A stretch of DNA of 64,000 nucleotides from Mobula hypostoma. Lineage: Eukaryota. The notes beneath the pieces were generated by a model. That model made no database searches, was not told where the DNA came from, and saw nothing but the letters and a program-made list of their open reading frames with translations. Each line of letters opens with the position of its first letter. Position 1 is the first letter of the stretch. The stretch is taken from the NCBI RefSeq assembly GCF_963921235.1, contig NC_086099.1, positions 89,280,001 through 89,344,000 of the forward strand. Reading direction: 5' to 3'. A program made the position numbers and the translations under genes. Below are positions 51,518 through 61,329 of the stretch, piece after piece.

Positions 51518-52688
51518 CACAAGACCATAAAGAGCAGAATTAGGCCATTTAGCCCATCGTATCTGCTCCGCCATTTCATCATGGCTGATCCAATTTTCCT
51601 CTCAGCCCCAATCTCCTGCCTTCTCCCCATATCACTCATGCCCTGACCAATCAAGAATCTATCAACCTCTGACTTAAATCTACATAAAGACTTGACATCC
51701 ACGCTGCTTGCGGTGAAGACTGCTTCAGACTCACCACTCTTTGGCAAAAGAAATTCCTCCTCATCTCCATTCTAAAATGATGGCCCTCTATTCTGAGGCT
51801 GTGTCCTCTGGTCTTAGACTCTCCCACCATAGGAAACACCCTCTCCACATTCACTCTATCAAAGCCTTTCACCATTCTATACTTTTCAATGAGGTCACCC
51901 CTCATTCTTCTGAATTTTAGTGAGTCGAGGCCCAGAGTCATCAAACGCTCTTCATATGACAAGCCATTCAATTCTGGAATCATTTTCGTGAACCTCCTTT
52001 GAACCCTCTCCAGTGTCAGCAAATATTTTCTTAGTTAAGGGGCCAAGAACTGCTCACAGTACTCCAAGTGAGGTTTACAAAGTCTCAACATTACATCCTT
52101 GCTTTTTATATTCTAGTCCTCTTGAAATGAATGCTAACATTGCACTTGCCTGCCTCCATACAGACTCAACCTGATATTTAACTTTTAGGGAATCCTGCAC
52201 AAGATCTCTCAAGTCCCTTTGTGCCTCAGGTTTTACTATTTTCTCTCCATTTAGAAAATAGTCAACCTTTTCATTTCTTCTGCTGAAGTACATAACCATA
52301 TACTTCCTAACACTGTATTCCATCTGCCATTTCTTTGCCCATTCTCCTCTTCTGGTTGACCTCCACTCTTTACCTCCTGCCAATCAGCCACTGCTTTATC
52401 CATGCTAGAATCTTTCCTGTAATACCATGGGCTCAAAGCTTGTTATGCAGCTTCATGTGTGGCATTGTGTCAAAGGCCTGAAAATCCAAGTACACAACAT
52501 CAAGTGATTCTCTTTTGTCTACCCTGCTTGTTATTTCTTCAAAGAATTCCAACAGATTTGTCAGGCGAGATTTTCCATCGAGGGAACCATGCTGACTATG
52601 GCCTATTTTATCATGTGCCTCCAGGTACCCAGAGACCTCATCCTTAACCATCGACTCCAACATCTTCCCAACCACAGAGGTCAGACTC
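51518..52688 (-). mobile_element. Degraded CR1 (RT to 3' end, internally deleted)
   Basis: ORFs 52433-52675, 52075-52383 and 51651-52022 with CR1 motifs; TCTTATGGTC-type tail. Confidence 0.88.
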
Positions 52689-53110
52689 AGTTACATCAAT
52701 GTGTTGGCCCCAGAACAAATTCAATGAGATGTTGACCCCCAGGAAATCAAAGTTGTTTGAGCTGTACCAAGCCAAACAGTCATGAGCATAGAGTGGCAAA
52801 GCAAGCATACTTAAGATGTGCCTGTTGATTGACTGCTAGGAGGAGATCTCCTTACCAATCTGTACTAATTATGATCTACTGATGAGGAAGTCAAGGATCC
52901 AGTTGCAAAGAGAGGTTCAGAAGTCCAGATTTAGAAGCTTAGTGATTAATTCCAAGGGGACGATGGTATTGAATGCCATGCTGTAATCGCTGAACTACAG
53001 CCAGACCTATCTTTTGATGTTGTCTAGGTGCTCCAGGAGTTAGCCTGGTGAATCTCCTTTGGACTGACTCCTATGCTACTGTATCCCTTATTTATCTAAA
53101 GGGACCAAAA

Positions 53111-53403
53111 AAAAGGCACCCATTAGTCTCGTGAGACCATAGATTTGCTCCTTGGAAGGTTTCCAGGGTGCAGACCTGGGAAAGGTTGTATGGAAGACTG
53201 GCAGTTGCCCATGCTGCAAGTCTTCCCTCTCCACGCCACTGATATTGTCCAAGGGAAGGGCACTAGGGCCGATACAGCTTGGCACTGGTGTTGGCGCGTG
53301 GCCAAGTGGTTAAAATGTCGGTCTAGTGATCTGAAGGTCGCTAGTTCGAGCCTCAGCTGAGGCAACGTGTTGTGTCCTTGAGAAAGACACATTGCTCTGT
53401 GAG
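53111..53403. mobile_element. tRNA-headed SINE with an inverted segment, inside an old CR1 fragment
   Basis: A box TGGCCAAGTGG and B box AGTTCGAGCC on the plus strand (53293-53355); flanked by direct repeat GGGACCAAAA at 53101-53110 and 53404-53413. Confidence 0.6.
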
Positions 53404-54549
53404 GGGACCAAAACTGTGCACAATATTCCAAGCATGATATCACTAATATGCTGTGCAATTTTAATAAATACTTTTAAGTCAAGCTTGTTTGAACTAAGGG
53501 CTCACACAACACTTGCCTTCTTAACTACTCATTCTACCTGTGTGCTGAATTTTTTTGTGGTCCGTGCACTAGGTGACTCAGAACCCACTGAACATCACTC
53601 ATTTGCAGTCCCTCTCCATTTAGATAATAATCTCCACTTAGGGAATAAATAACTCTCCAACTTGGTGGTAACAAACTTATCAAAGAAAGTTAAGATGGAT
53701 CATTCCAGGGCAGGCGATATATTACCAAAATGCTGACTGCTAATCATGACCAGTCACCCACTGTGGATGGCAGGTTAACTGGTCACGGTGAATTGCGCCT
53801 AGTGACTGGTAGAATTGGGTGAGAGTTGATAGGAATGTGGGGTGGTGGTGGGGGGGTGCGAGAATGAAAATGAGATTAGTTGATGGTTGACAGCTGACCA
53901 TTTTTAAATCTTGCCGCTGTGGTCAGGAAACCATAAACGGTGAAAGAGATGCCAGCAGAAAAGCAACAGTGGGAATATAATCACTTGAAACAAGAGGAGC
54001 ATTTAGGTTAGAACGTAGGTGCCATTCTAAGTGCAATTCTCAAGCTCCACATATCTGTGCTATATGACTCTAGTTCCTTTCTACTTCTCCCTGGACAGAT
54101 ATTTCACCCCTCATAATCCACCCTTTCTTTCTCTGCATTGATTTTCTAGTATCCAATTTGACATTGAGCTCACCTTAAACTCATCCTCCAGCTGCTGTTC
54201 AGCTCACAGTCTTTCAGTTTGACTTGTGCAGTGCTAAGCATTGGCTGGAGTAGTTCACTCGGATCACTCATATTCTCTCCTGCAACATTCTCAGCTCACA
54301 CTTCCGCTGTTCATCACACTAAATAATTACAAGCTAAATTGTGTAAGGGCAAGCTAAACCAAACACAATCGGTGACCCGCTTCAGCAAAATCTGGACATT
54401 ATAAGCAACAGCAGCTCGGTATTCACTGCCTATTGCTTCTGATATTTGCCATTCCTTTTAGTTTTTATTTAGATATTAGTTTTATTTGTCAGATGTACAT
54501 CAAAACATACAGTGCTGTTTTCATCAAATCAAGTCAGCAAGTATTTTAC

Positions 54550-55065
54550 TTATTTATTGAGATACAGAGTAGAATAAACCTTCCGGCCTTCGAGCTATGC
54601 CAGCCAGCAACCCTCCCGATTTAATTGTAGACAAATCACGGGGCCATTTACAATGACCAATTAACCCACCAACAATACTTCATTGGACTGTGGGAGGAAA
54701 CGGGAGCACCTGGCCTGGAGGAAACCCCACCAGTGACGGGAAGAACGTACAAACTCCTTACAGGCAGTGGTGGGAATCGAACCTGGATCTCCTGGACTGT
54801 AAAGCACTGTGCTCACCACTACGCTACTGTGCAGCCCTCGTGCTGGGCAGCCTGCAAGTATCACTGTGCTCCTGGTGCCAATATAGGAAACCCAGCGCTC
54901 GCTAACCGTGACTGTATGTCTTTGGAACGTGGGAGGAAACTGGAGCAGCTGATGCAAACCCACATAGTCACTGAGAGGACGTACGAACTCTTCATAGGCA
55001 GCAGCGGGATTTGAACCCCAGTCTTACAGATAGTGCTGTAGTGAGTTACACTAATCGCTGCAGTG
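54550..55065 (-). mobile_element. Two adjacent V-SINE-like copies
   Basis: Two GGGAGGAAAC..GGAGCA..AAACCCAC..CGTACAAACTC blocks with B boxes GGTTCGATTCC and GGTTCAAATCC on the minus strand. Confidence 0.8.
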
Positions 55066-55727
55066 TATTTGTCACTGGCTTGTGTCACTTATATAGAAAG
55101 TTAATATTGGATTCTTATTTAAAATAGGGAGCTATAATGGTCTAAAATCCCTTCAAAGTATCTACCCACTTTGGGTTTGCTACTTACCAGCGAAATCAGG
55201 TTTTAACTGATTTATCCCTTGGCATGATCTTCCTTGAGGAAGCAATCCCCAACCTGATGGGTGAAGCACTGCGTGGCTTGATTGCATGAGTGTCTGCTGC
55301 TTTGAACTTGACAATAGCTGAAGGTATTACACTGAATGAGATGAGTCAGATTAGCCCTGTTACTGAACAAGGATGTTTAATTTTAAGTTTCACAATGTGC
55401 CTTTTTGTGCAATGTTGGAAAGACTTTTGAAACAAGTTTAGATCCAATTTTGTCCATTTCTATGCACTATATCACAAGGGAATTGTGAGATCTGTGGAAT
55501 GAAGCAGCATTAGTGTAACCATGTGAATTTATAGAAAGAAACAAAAGATTGAAGTATTTATACCTGGAGCAAATATGATTAAAAATACTCTTAAATAAGT
55601 TTTCAAAATAATGTAAGATTTTGAGAAAATAATGACAGTAAGATCAAGCTAAATCTTAACCCCAAAATTGGGTGGGATGGATACACTGAGACATTAAATT
55701 TCAAAATCTTAAGCCTAACTCTAACTT

Positions 55728-57150
55728 GTAGCACAGTGGAGCACCTAGTCGAGCTGCTACAGTGACCCAAGTTCCATCCTGATGTACTTTTTGCTGTTGT
55801 TTAGGTGCTGCTTGTGTAGATTTTGTATATTCTCCCTGTGACTGCATGCATTTCCTTTCAATGTGCTGGTTTTACAGAAAGGATACTATCATGCATAGAA
55901 GATTAGCTGTCTAGCAAGAGGCAAAAAGTCAGGAAGAAGAAGGGGGCCCATCCTGGTTGGCTGCTGGTGACTACTGATGTTCCCCATGGGTTGGCTTTGG
56001 GACCGCTCCTGTTCACATTATATGTCAATGACCTGGATGACAGAATTGATGGCTTTGTGGCCAAACTTGCAGGTGATATAGAGATAGGTGGAGGGGCAGG
56101 TAGTGTTGGGAGTCCAGGAGTCTGCCGAAGGCCTTGGACACATTGGGAAACTGGGCAAAGAAGAGGCAGATAGAATACGATGTAGGGAGGTGTATGGTCA
56201 TATACTTTGGTGGAAGGAATAAAGCTGTAGACTATTTTCTAAATGGAGAAAATTCAAAAATCAGAGATGCAAAGGGACGGTGCAAAGGCTAACTTGCAGG
56301 TTGAGTTGGTGGGAAGGAAGGCAAATACAATGTTAGCATTGGTTTCGTGAGGACTAGAATATAAGAGCAAGGATGTGATGCTGAGGCTTTATAAGCCTCT
56401 GGTCAGACTGCACGGTGCATCGTGAGGAGTTTGGGCCCCTTATCGAAGAAAAGATGTGCTGGCAACTGAGAGGGTCCAGAGGAGGTTCATGAGAATGATT
56501 TGGGAATGAAAGGTTTAATGTATGAGGAATGTTTGTTGACGCTGGGCCTGTACTCACTCCAGTTTAGAAGAATGAGGGGGGATTTCATAGAAACCTACTG
56601 AATACTGAAAGGCTTAGATAGAGTGGATGTGGAGAGGATATTTCCTATACTGGGTGAATCTAGGACTACATGGCACTACCTCAGAATAGAGGGACATCTA
56701 TTTAGAATAGTTTGAGAAGGAATTTCTTTAGCCGTTGGATGGTCAACCTGTGGAATTCATTGCGATGGACCGCTGCGGAAGGCAGATCATTGGGTATATT
56801 TAAAATGGAGGTTGATAGGTTTTTGGTTAATCAGTGCATCAAAGGTTATGGGCAGAAGGCAGGAGAAGGAGTTTAGAGGGATAATAAATCAGCCATGATA
56901 GAATTGTGGAGCATACATGATGGGCCGAGTGGCCTAATTCTACTGTTGTATCTTATGGTCTTATGGCTTCCTACCATATTCTAAAGATGCATAGGCTGAC
57001 CAGTTAATTGTCCCTAGTGTGTGTGTGGTTAACTCCGAAGGGAGGTGATGGGAATAGATTGTAGGAAAATTTAGTGGAGGATGAGATTGTTCTTATCTAG
57101 AATAGATTTGATGGATTAAATGGTCTCTCCCTATGTCATAAAGAAATCTG
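55728..57150 (+). mobile_element. V-SINE split by a CR1 (SINE parts about 55728-55874 and 56967-57150)
   Basis: V domain breaks at GTGCTGGTTTT and resumes CTTCCTACCATATTCTAAAGA. Confidence 0.7.
55875..56966 (+). mobile_element. Degraded 5'-truncated CR1
   Basis: VPHGLALGPLLFTLYVNDLDD; C-terminal motifs; TCTTATGGTCTTATGG tail. Confidence 0.88.
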
Positions 57151-58029
57151 AAAAAAATGGAAATACCTCTAACTCTTCAATTTTGAAGTTAGCAACAGTG
57201 AGATCTTGGACAGATTGTAGCCTTGGTAAATTAAATATTGTTAATGTTACTTACTGTCAGCCTCGGATTAGGCCTATCTAGATGCAGGTATTTCCCTTTT
57301 ATGTCATTGTAGCTGCCAAGGGTTTAACTTGTAAAGCAGCTAGGTAACAAATGATGGCTTCAGGGAAAAGGTATCCTTCCTTTTGGGCTCAAGAGGAAAA
57401 GATTATTTCATCCCAGTCCTTCCATTTTACTCCACCTATTTCCCACCCTATATTCCAAAATATCCAACTCATACGAGGATATCCCAGTCTTCCCAGTGTT
57501 GGCGATGGGATATACAAACTTCCTAGACGCAGTGATTGGAATCCTTCAGGCTCCAGACTTGCGTGTGAACCCATGGAATCCCAATTGCTTCCCAGGCACA
57601 AGGAATCTATGAACATTTGAGCTTTAATTTTATTGTTCTATAAATTAAGGAATGTAGAGATCCAAACTTAATCTCAGTCCAAATGTCTCATGGACCTCAA
57701 GTGGGTCTAATAGCAAAAAAATTACCTGCGCATGATCTGAGCTCCCACTTATACTGGCTGGGCCATTTATGAGGATATTGCAGCAGCTTCTGCAGAATTA
57801 GACCTATAAGGCTGCTTGTGTAACTGTGGCATCGTACATCTTAAGCAATTTAATTAAAAGTTGATGAATGGACTGCTGGAGTCCATGTCAAAAAATACAC
57901 TGGAAGTTACTGTATGCTCCTCTTTGCTTCGCAAACAAGCTGTACAAGATCTTGCATTTCTAGAACATCTTCATTAGCTGAAATGGCCACTTCAGCATCA
58001 GATATATACAGTACATGGACATTGATTTA

Positions 58030-58318
58030 TGTAGAGATACAATTTGGAACCGACTCTTAAAGCCCAACAATCCACACCACTCAGGAACCCATCTATTTAG
58101 ACCTAGCCTAATCACAGGACAGTTTACAATGACCAATTAACCTACTAACTAGAACATCTCTGGAGTGTGGGAGGAAACCAGAGCACCTAGAGGAAACCCA
58201 CGCACACACAGGAAGGAAGTACAAGCTTTCTTACGGAGCACACCAGAATTGAACTCTGAACTCTGAGCCCTTGAGCTGCAATAGTGTTGCACTAACCACT
58301 ACGCTACTGTGGTGCCCT
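58030..58318 (-). mobile_element. V-SINE
   Basis: Minus strand GGGCACCACAGTAGCGTAGTGGTTAGTG head, AGTTCAATTCT B box, V domain. Confidence 0.82.
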
Positions 58319-58455
58319 GCAGTTTTTTTTTAAAGAAGCTGGAAGGAACTTAATCAAATTACTGAAGATAAATAGTGGGGTTGTATCTCCTGAGGTGATT
58401 ATTCTTCCCTCCTGTTTTTGGCATCTCTCATGGGATTTCTAGTCGACGTTATTTA

Positions 58456-59003
58456 CACGCAGTGGCCAACTGCTCGTTAGTGCAAATATCTAATTAGCCA
58501 ATCATGTTGAAGTGAATTGAGGTAGCAACTCAATGCATAAAAGCATGCAGACATGGCCAGGAGGTTCAGCTGTTGTTCAGGTCAAACGTCAGAATGGGGG
58601 AGAAATGTGATTGAGCTGATCTTGACCATGGAATGTTTGTTGGTGACAGATGGAATAGTTTGAGTATCTTAGAAACTGCTGATTTCCTTGGATTTCTGCA
58701 CACGACAGTCTCCAGAACTCACTGAGAATGGTGTGTAAAAAAAAACAACTTCTGCGGACAAAGTTACATTTTTAATGAGGGAGGTCAGAGGAGAATGGCC
58801 AGACTGACTTGAACTGACAAGATGGCGACAGTAATTCAAGGAGCTACACGTTACACAGTGGTGTGCAGAATGGCTTCTCTAAGTGCACAACATGCCGAAC
58901 CTTAATGTGGATGGGCTACAGCAGCAAAGGATTACCAACATACACTTAGTGGCCACTTTATTAGGTACAGGAGGTACAGTACCTAATAAAGTGGCTGCAC
59001 TGT
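58456..59003 (+). mobile_element. Non-autonomous Tc1 element, same family as 43630-44835
   Basis: TA followed by CACGCAGTGGCCA; transposase N-terminal remnant MGEKCD..LSILETADFLG; TIR sequences at 58943-58995. Confidence 0.82.
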
Positions 59004-59880
59004 GTGGGAAACAGACTTTGCTAGTCCTTTCTGAATGTTCAGACTTATATGGAATTGGCTAAGTATTTTGAAATGAATCATATAGAAAGGATGTAGAATT
59101 CGCCTAAACAGGATTAGAACAGTGACCCTCATGAAATTCTGTCTCAGAGGGCTGAATGGCTTTCTGTGCTGTTACTTTAGTGGATAGCTGCACGGCTGGA
59201 ACTCTGTAAGAGCTTTCTATCCTAGACCTAGTTGCTCACCGCAGGAGATTTTCCTTATCTGTGGGTTCATTCGTTTGAATCTTTACCCTTGTAAAGGTTA
59301 ATGAGTTTCAGGAGGCTGCTGGCACTGAATGTTGCAATGTAGTAGCACTGCATTCATCACATTCCATTACTTTGGAGGCATGGAATAAACTTGTGCTGCC
59401 ACTCTGTCGGTGATTAGTTGGCACCATAAATATTGATATGGACGTAGCATTATGCCAGCACAGGTAGTGATATCAAAACATTCACTGAATGTCAGGTTAA
59501 ATAAGGTAAAAAGAAAATTCTTCTAGCACAATCTTTTGAGGTAATTGCAAAAGAGATTACCGTAGCTCTGACGTTATATGGTAACTTTAATAAGGCAAAC
59601 AAATTGAATGCTATTTGTCTGTTATATAAAGGAAAGTTTGGACCATTCAAGTCTCATGTGAGCGTTCAACTGTTCAGTTAGATCATTCCTTTAAGTTGCC
59701 TTTTACCCTTGATACCTTTAGCCAACAAAAACCTATCTTTGTTTGAAATTTCAATTGACTCAGTAAGACCACCAGCCTTCTGGGGAACAGAGTCCTTGAT
59801 TTCAATTACCCTCTTTGTGAATTCTGCAAATAGAATTCACTGAGTAAATGCTGCCATCAATGTACAGTTGATAAAGTGTT

Positions 59881-59948
59881 TTCTCTCTCTCTGTTCCCTC
59901 TCTCTCTTTCACCGTCTGTCTGTCTATCTATCTATCTATCTATCCATC
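59881..59948. repeat. Compound microsatellite (TC)n/(TCTG)n/(TCTA)n
   Basis: Directly visible. Confidence 0.9.
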
Positions 59949-60242
59949 TCCAGATCACATTGAGGATTTGGTGACAAATTTTGTTTGAAAATACCTCATG
60001 ATAAATTCCTTGGATATTTCATTATTTGGGAGGCATAGAATAAACTCGGGTTGCTGCTGTGTTAGTGATTAGTTGGCACCATGAACCGATGCGACGTGCA
60101 ATGTGATTGAAGCTTCTGTTGGCATTGCCACCTATTTTATCTAACCTTTTTATTCATTAAAACCTATCTCATCATACTGCTGCATTTTCTATGTGTGAGG
60201 TGATTGCCATTATGTTTTTTTATTTTCCTTTTCCACCTCCAG

Positions 60243-60448
60243 GTGCCCCTCAAACAGCTTCTATAAGTGTTATCTCTGATTAGCAGACAGCTATGTACTG
60301 TCTGCACATAGCCATGAGAGGAACCAGTGCTCTGTTTTTTTTATGAGCACACTGCTGTACTTGCTAAACTGCTGGCCCTGGCTCAGAGAGAAATATGACA
60401 GTATTGGGTTCTGGAGATAATGCAAAGGAAGCTCACAGAATATTAAAT
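60243..60448 (+). other. Candidate host exon (206 nt), possibly a first coding exon
   Basis: Long pyrimidine tract TTTTTTTATTTTCCTTTTCCACCTCCAG, donor AAT|GTGAGT; ATG 60395 gives MTVLGSGDNAKEAHRILN to a phase-0 donor. Confidence 0.45.
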
Positions 60449-61137
60449 GTGAGTGTTCGTGTGCATGTGCCCACAACAGAGAAAGGGCCCAGTACTTACA
60501 ATCTTGATCGTACTTACTCATTTCTCAGGAAAGCTCTTCAACTAAAATTTATTAATCTATTGATTTTTTTAATATTTAGACGAGATTTTCCAGCTCTCCT
60601 AGAACTGTGGTTTTTGAACATATGAAATGGTGTTATTTTGTCATTTATGAAGAGTGTTTTATTTACATCTTGGAAGCTGACTAGGAACATGGAAAATGAG
60701 AGAAGCTGCATATCAACCTGTACATTATCACTTCATCGAGAACATTTTTTTCTAAAGCTTGGATAATTCATTCATTGTTCAATATTAGCTATGAGAATCA
60801 GCTAACCACCCTTTGTGATATGGCCTTTATCTGAGAGGCATTCAATTCAATTCGATTCATTCTTTCTATACTTTTTTCCTCTCTCAGACTACCTCATTCT
60901 GTTTTGTGTGCCCTCTGCTCAATCCCCAGTTGTGCTGTGTTCCAAGGGAATCTGGATCAGTCTAGTTTGTGCAGGAATATTAAAGTCAGGAGATAGTTCA
61001 TCAACATTTTGAAAAACCTGTGGAATTTTGCAACTTGAAACAGCAAGAGAAAGCAGCAAATGCATATAAGTTGGTAAAAAGGAACCAAAAAGAAAATCAG
61101 GCAGTAACTAACTTGTTAACAGTTGATCCTTTTAAGT

Positions 61138-61203
61138 CAGGGGTTCCCAACCTTTTTTATGCCATGGACCCTTACCATTCACCAGGTGGTCTGTGGGTCC
61201 CTG
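61138..61203. mobile_element. Tiny hAT MITE remnant
   Basis: CAGGGGTTCCCAACC..GGGTCCCTG ends; 8-bp near-TSD TTTTAAGT / CTTTAAGT. Confidence 0.7.
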
Positions 61204-61329
61204 CTTTAAGTAGTGCTGCTGAGAGAGAAACTCTGTCAGGTCTAATGAACATGATCTAACGCCTCAGTCTTTACTTAGATTGTTCTTTCTCACTATAGCC
61301 CACCAAGAGAAATTGAAAGTAGATATCCA

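Larger units (their letters stand above)
48850..53040 (-). mobile_element. Rex1/Babar LINE in three pieces (48850-48875, 51012-51515, 52690-53040) hosting CR1 insertions
   Basis: (TTCTGA)n tail complement at 48850; RLQRAVNLARSITG..IEDIFKRQFLKK; WILDFLISR on the minus strand near 52880-52900. Confidence 0.7.

Noticed and set aside
53293-53360. tRNA gene
   Set aside because: A and B boxes are present, but it continues into SINE-like sequence with no clean cloverleaf or terminator; called as a SINE head
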